Assembly (NCBI GenBank): GCA_036630325.1
Contig: CP142726.1
Coordinates: 248,001-312,000 of the forward strand
DNA: 64,000 bases
Direction of reading: 5' to 3'
Source: Vairimorpha necatrix
Lineage: Eukaryota
The notes under the pieces: generated by a model
Told to the model about the DNA's origin: nothing
Database searches by the model: none
Seen by the model: only the letters and a program-made list of their open reading frames with translations
Program-made: the position numbers and the translations under genes
Shown here: positions 1 through 12,500 of the stretch, in pieces
Layout: each line of letters begins with the position of its first letter
How positions within the stretch are numbered: the stretch's first letter is position 1

Positions 1-706
1 TATGTAACTACTTTTGATCGAAGAGAATATTATAATATGTGAAAGAACTTATTGACATCAAAGCTTTAAAAGATGAATTGACCATAAAATGTTATATTCC
101 ATAAATATCTTCTTAACACTTATGATCTATCATCAAATGAATTAATACAAAATTTTCAGATATATCAAACTGAAACAATATAATTTGTGGATGTGATCAA
201 TTGTATTTATTATAGGTGGTAAATATCTTAACCTTTGCTTATTTATATCATACTAGGTGCTTATTTTTAAGAATATAGAGATATAGCATGTTCACGGACA
301 TTATATAGTTTGACAATATAAAATTATAAAGTAAATATTAACTAACATGTAAGAAATAAGCACATAGGGAATAAATTTGTCAATGAAAAAATGTTTATAA
401 TTTTTATTAATCTTACTTTAAAACCTTTTTTAAACAAAAGTGTAAAAGTAAATTCGGAATATAGCACGAGTTGTCTTATAAAAGATCTATAGTATTTATA
501 TCTCATTAATTTTTCAAGTATATGCTATTTTATATACTTGACAATAGATTATTTTTAGTCGATTACCAAAACGAATATTTTTTATAAATTTATGTCGATT
601 TTTTAAGGACAATATCGAATATTTGTTATTGAAAAAACTATGATATTACAAGACTTTGATATTGCAATTATTTTATAACATACTCTCTTAATAAATCTTA
701 TTACTA

Positions 707-1231
707 TTAATAATAAATAAAAGAATCTAAATCTGGCATTTCTCTATTTAACTGTTTCTTAATAAATTTACATGCTTTTACAAGTGGTACAAATTTTTTA
801 TATGTATTACTAAGCCTCACCATTTCTTCATTAATAACCTTTTTATTACTTAAAATAAAAGACACAAATAGTATTTTATCATCACATATATACACTCCAT
901 CAAAAACTTCTTTAATTTTATCTTTTGTCTCTTGGCACACACCTTCTCTAACCATAAGTAAATATACATCAGTATTAATAATCCTCTTGATTAGGGGAAT
1001 GTGCTTTGTTTCTATGTTTATAAGAGAAGCCCATATGTCTCATGATTGGTGGGTTCCGCCTAAACACGATCCAGAAACCAATAGAAATTTAAATTTGCAT
1101 TTTGATATTGTAATACCCTCTTTAATAATTTTCATAAGAGCTTCATCGGAGAGATCTTTTGCCCAGTTCTTTTGAGATTTAATAGGAATTCTTTTAGTTG
1201 GAGATTTCTCTTTACTTTCTTTCATAGACAT
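707..1231 (-). pseudogene. Frameshifted hypothetical protein gene (~175 codons)
   Basis: CCC motif (GCCCTATAAAATG) precedes the ATG at 1231. The frame of ORF 707..955 stays open upstream to ~1060, so one frameshift joins it to ORF 1040..1231. Confidence 0.5.
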
Positions 1232-1340
1232 TTTATAGGGCTAAAACTATTTTTTAATTAATAAAAAAAATATTTTTTGTCTATTGACACATTTAATATT
1301 ATAAAAAATAAAGTATTTACGATTTTATAGAAATGAATGC

Positions 1341-4300
1341 TGTGGTCTGTTGGTTTCCCAACAGACCGAGAAGAATGTTTTAAACCATATTTTTTATTAT
1401 CCTTCATACCCTTCTGGGCATGAATTTCTTTTATGTTTGTCGGAGGGAAAATATACAATATTTTCCCTCCAAAAAACATTATTGGGAAGAGGAAGAGAAT
1501 ACTTATAGAATAGTATTCTCTGGTCTCCAGGGCAATCTTAGGACCACTGGAGAACTGTTCCTTGACACTCCCCCCTTCTTTATTGGCTCCCATGTTTCCA
1601 GCTCAAAGTCCATTTTTTTTAAGTCTTTCCCATTTACCTTAAACACGTCATTATTGGGATTTATTATCTCGTATGCACCTTTCCTCCCGACTTTCGTTAT
1701 AGTGTATGGGCCTTCAAATTTGCTGTCCAGTTTATTTCTAATGCTTATAGGTGGTTTTCTTCTTAATACCACATCACCTACTTGAAGTGCAAATTCTTTC
1801 CCCTCTACTATTTCCCTTTCTCTGGCCTCTCTTTCGGCTTGTAACATAGTATCACGGGTTTGCTTCAATCTTTCAAATATTAAAAAATTATCTTCTAAAC
1901 ATAAGAGTTCTCTTTCGGGATGCTCCCATAATAAGGGTTTCCGTCCGTATAATAATTCAAAAGGAGAAAATCCTGTCTTCTTCCTTGGAGAAATTCTGTA
2001 TGCGTACAGAGCCAGTTCCAAATATTCATCCCAGTCTTTCCACCTTCCATTTATCATTTTAGCCAGTTTTGCTACTAATGATTGGTTGGTTCTCTCTACC
2101 GTGCCATTGCATTGTGGGTGGTAAGCTGACGTAAAAGATTTCTTTATTTTAAATATTCCACATAATTCCTTGACCGTGTTGTTCAAAAATTCCAGTCCTC
2201 TATCTGATAGTAATTCGTTGGGCGGACCATGTCTACATACTATTTCTTCAAAAATAAATTTAGCTACCGTCTTAGCCGATTTATTTCTTACGGCTTTTGC
2301 TTCGCACCATCTTGTTAGATAATCCGTGGCGACTATTAAATATGTTTTCCCATTTTCCGACTTAGGTAGAGGACCTACCATATCAATTCCTATCAGTGAA
2401 AATGGGTCCTTGAGTCGAATTCTATGATGTTGCTTTGGTGTTCTTTTTAAATTAAATTTTAGACACACCTGACATTTTTCGAGTTCCTGTTTAATATCTG
2501 CGTACATACCTTTCCATTTTGTTTTATCGAGAACTAAAGCATATGTTGGATAAATACTGCCATGTCCACACTCTTCGTGACATTTTAAAATCATTTCTTT
2601 ACGACTCTCGGCCGATAATTCTAGTTCATCTTCATAATTTACTACATGAACAAATCTCGTTAGTCCGTCCGCTATAATGTTCTCTTTGCCTTTAATATAT
2701 TCGATGTCATATGAGTAGTTTTCGAGTGTGAGAATCCATCTCATTAATCTACCAGTGCTCTCTTTATAACTCAGCAGCCATTTGAGGGCTTGATGATCTG
2801 TTCGAATTGTAAAAGTATTTGTTAGGTAAATCCGGAACTGGGATATGCTCCATATTATTGCCAAGCATTCCTTTTCGGTTACGGTGTAATTAATTTCAGC
2901 AGTATTTAATTTCCTTGAGATAAAATATACGGGCATTTCAGTCTCCTCGTATCTTTGCATCAGTGTTGCTCCTATGTAAAGGTTGGATGCATCTGTGTAT
3001 AAGATAAATCTCTTATTGAAGTCCGGTAACTTGAGAACGGGAGAGCTCGTAATAATTTCTTTTATTTTCCCTACACTTTGTTTTGCTTCTTCAGAAAATT
3101 TAAATTTACCTTTCTTCAAGCAGTCATAGATAGGAGCCATTATATCTGTATAATTCCTTATAAATTTTCTAAAATAGTTTATGAACCCAATAAAGGCTCT
3201 AGTTTCTTTAAGAGTGGCTGGGATTTTTAAATTAAGACATTTCGTCTGTTGCTCAAGTGGTATACTTACTCCATTCTTATTTATCGTATATCCCAAAAAA
3301 TTTACCGTATTCTTTCCGATTTTACATTTTTTGTGATTAACTTTCAATTTCAATTTGTTTAAAATTTCAAAAACTGCTTCAATGTGCTTTACGTGCTCTT
3401 CAATCGATCTAGAGTATATCATAATGTCGTCTAGATATACTTGTACAAATTTATGTAGGTACGGAGACAGTATAGAATTCATTATCTTCTGGAATGTAAA
3501 GGGTGCATTCACGAGTCCAAATGGCATCCTAACCCATTGAAACGTTCCTGTCCTACTCCTAAAAGCTGTAAGATATCTATCTTTTTCCCGAATTCTTATT
3601 TGATGGTACCCAGATTCCAAGTCCAATACTGTAAATATAGATGCTCCTTGTAATTCTTCTATAGTTTCTTCTACAAGTGGAATAGGATAGATCATCTTCT
3701 TTGTGATTTTATTCAACCTTCTATAGTCTATGCAAAATCTAATATCACCATTAGGTTTCTTGACAAGAACCACCGGGGAAGTATAGTCTGATTCACTGTT
3801 CTCAATAAATCCTTTACTCAAAAACTCTTGAATCTTACTTTCAATAATCTCGTTTTGTTCTGGAGATCTTCTGTATTGAATATTTCTTACTTCCGAAAAG
3901 TCATTTGTTATTTCTATGGCGTGTTCAATATCTAAGCTTGATTTTAAATCATTATTGTAGAAAACAGCTGGATACTTTGAGATAAGTTTATTAAATTTTT
4001 CTTTGTCCTCCTGTGCCGTGTCTTCTTCTCCGACGTCTACAGTTTGAGTTTCGAGTACTTCGGGAGTTGTTGTGCAGACTGATTTCGTTATTAACGCATT
4101 TCTCATCTTATCAAGAATTTTGAGTAAGTTCAGATTTAGAACATCTGCGAGGCCAATAATAAGGTCTTCTGGTAAGTTTGCTACTACATGTGCTTCTACT
4201 ATTCTTGATTTCTTAGTTTTAGGCTCTTTGACACTAAATTCCACTATGCCTTCTGATTTCACTGTACCGCCCACTCCTACTATATTCAGCGTCTCTTTTC

Positions 4301-5349
4301 TTGGATTCAGACCCAATAATTGGGCTTTCTTTTTATTAATGCAATTAATTTCTGCTCCCGTGTCAATGAGCGCAGCAATCTTTTCTCTCCCTGAAAAAAA
4401 ATTAATCCTTGCTCGGACATCCGAAAAATTATCGTTTTTAGCCACTCTACCTATCTTTAAAATAAATGAAGAATTTGTCTGTACTGCTTTCTTGGGGACA
4501 GTTTTATATTCTTTCATTTCTTGACAGGTTACTTCATTCTGTGGCTTTTTATAAAAAGGTTTCCTTTTCTTTAGGTATTTATTTATTAAAAAATCCTTTT
4601 CTTCTACGAGTTCTAGTAACTCTATCCACTCTTTGGTTTCACTGATCGCCTCCTTTAATATCTCGGGGGAGTTTCTTCCAATCGCAATCTTAGATCTCTC
4701 AAAGTGCTCAATGCTTCCTTTAGCACACCTTTTTAGGTCATAAGCGTAACTCAAGATGTCGCTTTCCTTCGGACCCTCTACGTATAGGTGCATGAATAGA
4801 TCTGTTACGTCTTCCACTAGTTTTTTTTTAAGGTATTTTTTATTAAAGTGGGATTTGAATGTCTCGTAATCTACAATCTCCTCGCCCTCAAAAGCTTTAA
4901 ACCATTTCAACGCTTTGCCTTTTAGTTTTGACTTGGCAATATCTAGCGTCTTCGCTTGAGAGTACACATCTTCAATTTCTCGAAATTGAGACAGAAAGTC
5001 TTCGGCTTTGTTTAGATCTTCGCCGGTAAATTCTAACCATCTGTTCTGAAGACATAGTTTTTTCATTTGAGAAAGGATGTTGTCGAGATCATCGCTCTTA
5101 TCCTCATCATCGTTACCACCATTGTGGTCTGTTGGTTTCCCAACAGACCGAGAAGAATGTTTTAAACCATATTTTTTATTATCCTTCATACCCTTCTGGG
5201 CATGAATTTCTTTTATGTTTGTCGGAGGGAAAATATACAATATTTTCCCTCCAAAAAACATTATTGGGAAGAGGAAGAGAATACTTATAGAATAGTATTC
5301 TCTGGTCTCCAGGGCAATCTTAGGACCACTGGAGAACTGTTCCTTGACA
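1341..5349 (-). mobile_element. Intact Ty3/Gypsy LTR retrotransposon (4009 bp)
   Basis: Two 227-bp TG...CA LTRs (1341-1567, 5123-5349), identical by eye. 5-bp TSD AATGC (1336-1340, 5350-5354). PPT AAGAAGGGGGGAG next to the 3' LTR; PBS-like TGGTGGTAAC after the 5' LTR. Confidence 0.97.
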
Positions 5350-5363
5350 AATGCATTAGACAT
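1503..5363 (-). CDS. Single-ORF Gag-Pol polyprotein (PR-RT-RH-IN). True start probably the GGGT-ATG inside the 5' LTR (MKDNKK, ~5189)
   Basis: Protease LIDTGA; RT IDYRRLN, LDLESGYHQ, MPFGL, YLDD; RNase H TDAS, EKECLA, TDHQAL; integrase HHCC, IDMVGP, SDRG, VERTN, GPY. PR-RT-RH-IN order is Gypsy-type. Confidence 0.96.
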   Translation of the reverse strand: MSNAFVKEQFSSGPKIALETREYYSISILFLFPIMFFGGKILYIFPPTNIKEIHAQKGMKDNKKYGLKHSSRSVGKPTDHNGGNDDEDKSDDLDNILSQMKKLCLQNRWLEFTGEDLNKAEDFLSQFREIEDVYSQAKTLDIAKSKLKGKALKWFKAFEGEEIVDYETFKSHFNKKYLKKKLVEDVTDLFMHLYVEGPKESDILSYAYDLKRCAKGSIEHFERSKIAIGRNSPEILKEAISETKEWIELLELVEEKDFLINKYLKKRKPFYKKPQNEVTCQEMKEYKTVPKKAVQTNSSFILKIGRVAKNDNFSDVRARINFFSGREKIAALIDTGAEINCINKKKAQLLGLNPRKETLNIVGVGGTVKSEGIVEFSVKEPKTKKSRIVEAHVVANLPEDLIIGLADVLNLNLLKILDKMRNALITKSVCTTTPEVLETQTVDVGEEDTAQEDKEKFNKLISKYPAVFYNNDLKSSLDIEHAIEITNDFSEVRNIQYRRSPEQNEIIESKIQEFLSKGFIENSESDYTSPVVLVKKPNGDIRFCIDYRRLNKITKKMIYPIPLVEETIEELQGASIFTVLDLESGYHQIRIREKDRYLTAFRSRTGTFQWVRMPFGLVNAPFTFQKIMNSILSPYLHKFVQVYLDDIMIYSRSIEEHVKHIEAVFEILNKLKLKVNHKKCKIGKNTVNFLGYTINKNGVSIPLEQQTKCLNLKIPATLKETRAFIGFINYFRKFIRNYTDIMAPIYDCLKKGKFKFSEEAKQSVGKIKEIITSSPVLKLPDFNKRFILYTDASNLYIGATLMQRYEETEMPVYFISRKLNTAEINYTVTEKECLAIIWSISQFRIYLTNTFTIRTDHQALKWLLSYKESTGRLMRWILTLENYSYDIEYIKGKENIIADGLTRFVHVVNYEDELELSAESRKEMILKCHEECGHGSIYPTYALVLDKTKWKGMYADIKQELEKCQVCLKFNLKRTPKQHHRIRLKDPFSLIGIDMVGPLPKSENGKTYLIVATDYLTRWCEAKAVRNKSAKTVAKFIFEEIVCRHGPPNELLSDRGLEFLNNTVKELCGIFKIKKSFTSAYHPQCNGTVERTNQSLVAKLAKMINGRWKDWDEYLELALYAYRISPRKKTGFSPFELLYGRKPLLWEHPERELLCLEDNFLIFERLKQTRDTMLQAEREAREREIVEGKEFALQVGDVVLRRKPPISIRNKLDSKFEGPYTITKVGRKGAYEIINPNNDVFKVNGKDLKKMDFELETWEPIKKGGVSRNSSPVVLRLPWRPENTIL

Positions 5364-6134
5364 TTTTATTTACATATTTATATTTGGCCAGATAGCATTT
5401 TTTTCATGATGAATTTTCTGCAATATTTTTGCGTATCTTAGCTTGTTAAGCATATATTAAATGCATCTTCACACTTAATTACCTTTAATGTTGGTCGACT
5501 GGCTCAATACACCATTTTAGAACATGAGATATTTAATGGATAAACACTTTATAATGAACAATGATAGAAAATTACTATGGAGTTTACATTGTCATTAATT
5601 AGCTATTAGATCTATTCCCAAGATATATAGGCTCTACCTAAAATCCAATACACAAAAGAATTTTTTTCTTAGCCGAGTCAAAAAATTTAGCTTTCCTCCC
5701 TCGCTAAATAAACATCTTTATTTGGATAACAGGGAACATGAGAATTTGTTCTAAATTTCTATTAATTGAAATATCATTAGAATTTTTATAAATATTTGTT
5801 TTTATCGGTATATAAGCATAATTCGTGTGATTTAAAGAGAATTTTTGTTATAGTAAAAAAAACTATTTGAAGACTAAAATCCCCTATTGCATTGATTTTA
5901 TGAAAGTATATACATCAAAAAAGCAACAAGGTTAGTATTTAAAATCAGCTAATATTTATTAATTGTATTTCTAGTATAAAATGATACAAAAAATTGTTAT
6001 AATGCGCTATATTAATTTTCTTCAAATATAATTGTTAATCTACACAATCATTTTTGCCCTTAATTATGTATTTTCTATAACATACCATTTATATATTAAA
6101 ATTAAATAATAGCTTCTTTTAGTAGATAAAGTTA

Positions 6135-7115
6135 TCAAATACATCTGTACTTGTTTTTAAGGCGGTTGTTAGTAGCTTCTTTAATAACTTCTTCATTATT
6201 TTGAGCCTTCTCTTCTTTATCAACGCTTTGATTATAATTATTGCCTCCATTTGAACATTCTTTCTTCGCTGAAACTTCACAAGTTTCTTCCCGTAATTTC
6301 TGTCTTGATAAATCTCTTGATCTTAGAAATTTTTTTTTATTTTCGTTTTGGTCAAGTTTTTCAGTTGTAATTTGTTCATTATTTTTTGGATTTTTCCAAT
6401 CAAAAATTTCATCTTCTTCAAATTGTTTACTAAACAAGCGGCAACGTCTTTGCATTCGTCCTCTTTTATTATTTTTTGGAATAAGTTTATTAGAAACATT
6501 TATATCGTTTTCCTTATTGTAATATAAATCTTTTAAGATTTCTGTCGGATTATAGAATTTAAATTTTGCTATATTTTCATGATACGATGAGGAAATAAGT
6601 GGATACAAGTAATTCTCATTGTAATCATAGGAATCGCAAAATTCTAGTTTATAAAATTCTCTCTCTTTATGTAACACAATATCTTTACTTCTTGAATAAG
6701 TGTTTGCTGTTAGTAAATCCAAAGTTGTTACTCTATCAATACAGATTTTATTTTTATCATATGGAATCTTAGCCATTAGTAAACATTCACCACTTTTGAA
6801 TAAATCTGCTCTGGCTTTATCTTTTAGATTTAAAATTGAATGAAGATTCAAGAGATCATATAAAGTTCTTTTCTCTTCTGAAGTTAATGGCTTAAAAAAA
6901 TTTTGCATATAACTTTTACCTAGATCCGAACTTTTATCGTCGATATTTACAGAATCTTTTACGCAATCTTCAGCTGTTAAATCTGATATGAAATAAATCG
7001 CAGCCGGATCGGTTTGTTTTATATTTATGTAAATTTCGACATTATTTTCATGTGGAACTATAAATGCATCGTAAGTACTAAGTATTGCAGTAATATAAAA
7101 AATAAGAAATATCAT
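6135..7115 (-). CDS. Hypothetical secreted-type protein (326 aa), lineage-specific family
   Basis: Intact ORF, CCCC directly before the ATG, hydrophobic N-terminus MIFLIFYITAILST. Clear paralog at 22986-23594 (shared KICIDRVTT.DLLTANTYSRSK, DSYDYNENY). Confidence 0.85.
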   Translation of the reverse strand: MIFLIFYITAILSTYDAFIVPHENNVEIYINIKQTDPAAIYFISDLTAEDCVKDSVNIDDKSSDLGKSYMQNFFKPLTSEEKRTLYDLLNLHSILNLKDKARADLFKSGECLLMAKIPYDKNKICIDRVTTLDLLTANTYSRSKDIVLHKEREFYKLEFCDSYDYNENYLYPLISSSYHENIAKFKFYNPTEILKDLYYNKENDINVSNKLIPKNNKRGRMQRRCRLFSKQFEEDEIFDWKNPKNNEQITTEKLDQNENKKKFLRSRDLSRQKLREETCEVSAKKECSNGGNNYNQSVDKEEKAQNNEEVIKEATNNRLKNKYRCI

Positions 7116-7569
7116 GGGGTGTTCAAATAATTTTTTTTATATAAAAAAGATAAAAATTATTTCTAAGTTGTGTCCTTTTTCGAAATGTTTGACGTTAAAA
7201 AAATTTATTAATTTTTTTCAAGTCTACGAAACAAAATAGTAGTAAAAATGTTCAGCTAATTTTAGACATGTTATCTTTAGAATTTTCATTTATCAAAAAA
7301 AACATAATAACATGAAATTAATATCTATAATTTAGTTGGAATCTTTGTGAATGTATCTATAAATTTTTTTATAAACAAAAAAACAAATATTGATTTGTTT
7401 GACAGCCTTAAAGCCCATGAAAGACTTTTGACGGGTAATATAAAGTAAAAAAAATTGTTATTTATTTTTCATTCTGTGTTATAAATTTACTTGATAATTT
7501 TTATAATATCCTTTTTTAGAAATGCATACTAATATATATATTGAGTATAAAAAGATTTATTAAGTTAAT

Positions 7570-9575
7570 TTATAATTTAATTTAAATAGTCATAGCACAG
7601 CATTCCCAGGTATCGCTCATGGGATTCGACTCTTCCAAGACTTTGGTTTCTGTGGAATTATTTATGTTTTTCAACTCCAAATTTAAGCCTCATTCCACTT
7701 TGCCGACAACACCCATTTAACAGTCGCAATATTCGCTAGTGCGCTTACAGCACTAGCCGATTCTCCCTCTCAAGCATCCTCTTGGTAGTATTCTTAGAGA
7801 TGAACTCTAGATTCTTTTTCAGCACAAAAAGAATGTAGTATGATTTAACAGAAGTTAAATTACCAGCTTGATGTACTTTCTGTAATATTTGGTCTCCACA
7901 CCTCCCCATGTCATTACAAAAGGAACTATTCTCGTTCTTAATTTGTGTATTAGACCAGTAAATTTGCAAGGGTTATGTTTTCTAGTTTTAATTCTCGACC
8001 ATAATAGTAGGTACTGTTTGCATATATCAACTTCAACTAATGAACTTTCATTCCTTTTATCAAACACAAATATGTATGCTTATTATAGTTCACCTTTATA
8101 TTATGATCAACCTCTTATCTACTAATATTTCTGCTTGAACATTATCCGTGATCTCTTATACTGAATGCCTACGCATTTTCTTGCTCTTATAAACCCCATT
8201 TTTAATGCATAGTAAGAGATGAGATCATATAACGAACTCGTTGTGTCTTTTTATATAATAAATCCCGCCATTTAATCAAACTTGGTAGCTAAATGATTCA
8301 CGGTCTTCTTAAGAGATCAACAATGAGGACAGTGTCCCTTTTGTTTACAATAAATATTTCTATCCTGTGTGAAGCGGTAAATATTTTTGTATCTAGCCTG
8401 ATTATTTATTTTGACTAATCAGGCATAAGAGTCCCTATGTCTGCCTAATAATTGCCTTTGTCTTTAATTTCATTAACATAATTTATCCTTATGTCAATTT
8501 TGTTGTAAAGCGATTCTTTTTGGATTCTTTTAGCATCCTCTAGTGGCTCTCGACTTCAAAGCTATAGCTAATCCTAGATACTCGTTAAAAGCAAACAGTT
8601 TGGATTTTCTCTCTGCATCTACTTTAAGTATCGCTGCCCGCCTTAGGGGGCTGTTCTAGACTTATCAAATGTTTTATATATATTAGAAGCATACTTTCGC
8701 TTCTATTATTAATACTTATGAGGCCTCTTTTTTTTCAAATCTAGGTAGGTGTAGTCTTCCTTGCAGGATGGCTGTAGATGGACCTTGTACTTAACAACTA
8801 TCTGCCGGAGATCAAAATCGAGACTTTTATATCTTATTGATTCCAATTTTAATAATCCTATATGCTAGTTTTATACTAAGAATTGCATGCTCATGTATAA
8901 TTTGAATAATATTCTTACTATTCAATTACGTCTTGCACATTTTTTCAACCCTCTGTATTATTTCACTTCTTACTTTTTTAAGGGTCTCCCTTTTGATAGC
9001 ATCAGAGACATCATCTGTTATTCCTCTCATTTGTATCCTTGATGCTCTTTTAGTACCACTGCATCTTCACTACAATCACTTCCGTTAATTGGAGACTTAC
9101 CTCTGTGCATTTCGGAATCTACAGCGAGGAAACTTTTTAGTTTCCACATTCATCAGTTTCTAAACAACATCGTTTTCTACAGGGATCAAAATCATCATCA
9201 AATTGAAGATATTTTATTACATAAACACTTTCCTGAGTCTATATTTCCTTTTTGGTAAAAAGAATTCAGTTTCCTACTCAACGGATCCATACATAGTACA
9301 AACAAAAGCGGCAAATAGAGATTTTTTTGTAATACCCCCTTCGATCTTTCTATTCAGTATCGTTTCCGATCCTAATTTTATCTTGATTTGCAACCTTTAA
9401 CAGTAGCTTCTAAAATTTATTAGTTCGTTTTGGTTATTTAACTTGCTAATACTTTTTAATAGATAAAAATGGTCTACGGAGTCTTAGGTTTTCTTTAACA
9501 CAAAACACATAGTCTTTAGCTTCTTCCATTCTTCTTATTGACTGCTGTATTAATCATATCTTGTTGGTCTGAATA
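7570..9575 (-). mobile_element. Degenerate 5'-truncated non-LTR retrotransposon (RT plus restriction-like endonuclease type)
   Basis: Endonuclease-region remnant IVPFVMTWGGVETKY (ORF 7855-8067). RT remnant near 9480 is homologous to the DVKKAYDSVDH region at ~29460. Many stops and frameshifts. Confidence 0.75.
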
Positions 9576-9587
9576 TGTTTAATCATA

Positions 9588-12500
9588 TGTTATATATCCT
9601 TATTATTTTTACCCCTCATTATGGAAAATAAACACATGGGGGCGATACCAGAAAATGGGTCTACAAAGGAGGACCGTGGCCAAGAGGCTAGAATATTATT
9701 AAAAGAGGTTAAAAGGATTGTTTATGAGTTGTTTTTAGAGAAAATTGATGAGTGTGGATTTAAATTAGAAATTTTTAGGAGAGGTTCTATTTTATTGAGA
9801 AATTTTATTGTTGAGAGGATCTCGCAAGAGGGTAGTTGGAAGGAAATTGAGGAAAAATTAGAGTTGCTAGCTATTCAGGAGGAAAAGGAACAAGTGAGAA
9901 AAAAAGAATTTGAAGAGTTGTCCCTAGCGTTATGGGCTAAATTTGAGGAGAAGAATAAGTTGTCTCGTGAGGAAAATAAAAAGAATATGCGTTGCTACAA
10001 TTGTGGGAAGTTAGGCCATAGTGTTAGATTTTGTAGGGGAATGAGGCGAGATTCTGAAGACAGAAGAAATAAAAGTAGTTTTAATTATGTTGGTAAATGT
10101 AAAGTGCAATTAGACTTAGAGGGTAAATGTGATGACGATTTCAATTCGGACAAATGTGATTATTATAATGTTGATGGTGGGAAACGTAAGAAGAAAAATT
10201 TAGGGGATATACAAGATTATAGCAAAAGGGACAATAATAAGAGAGTTCTGTTGAGAAGGGATGTAAGAGGCATCGCGTATTTAGAGGAGATTATTTCACG
10301 GGTAGGAGGAAGAGAGGATGAAGATATTAGTTTTTGTAAGGTTGAAAAATGTATTATCAAGACTCAAGAAGGCAAGAAAGTTGTTAAAAAAGGGCAGGCT
10401 ATAGCTCAGGCTTTGTTGAAAAAGACGGAAGATTATATTAATAGTTTGGAAAGAAGAAAGATAATTAGAAGGTCGACATCTGACTGGAGAAATCCCATTA
10501 GAGCGATTGAGAAACCGAATGGTGATATAAGATTAGTAAGTAATTTAATTGCCCTTAATGACATTGTAGAGAAGGATCCTTATGAGTTAACTAGGATAAG
10601 AGATGTTATTAGAAGTACACAGGGATCTGAATTTTTTACCGTGATAGATCTAAAGGAGGGGTTTTATAGTATTGAGATTGAAGAGAAGGATAGGTTTAAG
10701 ACGGCTTTTGAGTTTAATAAAAAGGTATACGAGTGGAATTCGATGGTCATGGGGTTTAAAAACTCACCGCAGATATTACAAAGAATAATGAATGGGATTT
10801 TTGAAAAATTTATTGGTAAGGGAATCGAAATTTATATGGACGATATTGTGATTCATAGTAAGACAAGAGAGGGTCACGACAAATTGTTGAAAGAGGCTGT
10901 GGATATATTAGAGGAGAATAGTATGAAAATTAATTTGGCTAAGGTTCAATTATGTAAACGAGAGGTGATGTTGTTAGGAGTAACAGTTAATGGCAAGGAG
11001 ATACTGCCATCTGAAATAAAGCAAAATGAAGCGTTAGAATTTCCCAAACCGGAGTGTGTATCAGATGTTAGGAAGTTTCTTGGGCTGGCTGGATGGTTTA
11101 GAAATCATATTGATAATTATGCAAAACGTACATTGGCGTTGACGGATTCTCTTAAAGGACGAGGAAGTAATTGGAAATGGACAGAAGAAATGGAAAAAGA
11201 ATATATTAGTTTAAGGGAAGTGATTAGGGATTTAAAAGGTTTAGCAATTGTTAATTATAATAAGGAATTTTTGTTACGCACGGATGCGAGTAATGTTGGA
11301 ATGGGTGCTGTTTTAATGCAGGAAGATGATCAAGGTAATTGGGTACCAGTACAGTGGGCATCAAAAAAGTTTACGCCTACGGAAACGAGATATGGAATCA
11401 GTGAGAAGGAGATGTATGCAGTCTTTTGGGGAATTAAAAAGTTTGAATATGAACTACGCGGAAGAAGATTTAGGGTAGAAACTGATCATAAGGCATTGAT
11501 CGAGATTAGAAATAAACCAGCATTTAACAATAATAGAATTAACAGGTGGATTGAAAAGATTCAAGAGTTCGACTTTAGCATTGAATATAGAGAGCCTAGT
11601 ACCATGGTTGTAGCAGATGCACTGAGTAGGGTACATGAAAATGAGAAAACGCTAATGAATAAGGAGAGAAGTATTAAACAGGCACAGGGTAAATGGGACA
11701 AGCATGTTAAAGTTGTTGATGGGAAGGAAATTTGGGTATTTGACTCTGGTAGAGAAGCGGAGATTCCAAAGAAAGAATTGCGTGAAGGTTTAATTGTCAA
11801 TGCTCATGAAAATTTGGGACATAGAAGTTTAGGATCAGTGTACTATGCAATGAAGTTTGAATTTTATTGGCCGGGTATGAAGAAGGATATCGAGGATGTT
11901 TTAAAGAAGTGTGAAGTTTGCCAAATATATAATAGGAAAAAGAGTGGTGGTTGTGATTTTGTTAGTTCAAGATTTTATTTGGAAAAGGTTGCTTTGGATT
12001 TGATTGAGTTTAGAGTTTTAGGGAAATATGTGTTGGTCGTGATTGATTATTATACTAGGATCGTTTGGGGAAAAGTAATAGAGGACAAACGCGGAAGCTC
12101 GGTTGTAGGATTTTTAAAATAGTTGTGTGGATCAGGAATGAAACCGGTAGAAATAATTACTGACAACGGTAAAGAATTTAGTAATGAATATATGAGGAAT
12201 TGGTGTTCAGAGGAAAATGTATTACATAGGAAAGTAAGCGTAGAAAGTCATAGAAGTAATGGAAGAGTGGAAAGGGTAATAGGAACCATAAGAGAAGGAA
12301 TATTGAAAGATGATGCTGTGGATTTTGAAGCCAAGGTTAATAGATGTATATGGCGTTATAATAACAGCTATCATGAAGGGTTGAGATGTACACCGTTTGA
12401 GGCCTCAAGAGACGAAACGGGCCATGTTATGATCGAGAATGGACCTGAAGGATTTTATAGTAGGAGGTTTGTGGCTCGCAAAAGAGAGAAATTCTATAAA

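Noticed and set aside
1258-1593. 111-aa ORF identical to the polyprotein N-terminus, and the ATG at 5363
   Set aside because: The ORF is the open frame of the 3' LTR; the 5363 ATG lies outside the element in flanking DNA.
12120-12122. Programmed stop-codon readthrough in the polyprotein
   Set aside because: The TAG lies inside the integrase core and a frameshift follows downstream; a point mutation (probably TGG>TAG) is simpler.
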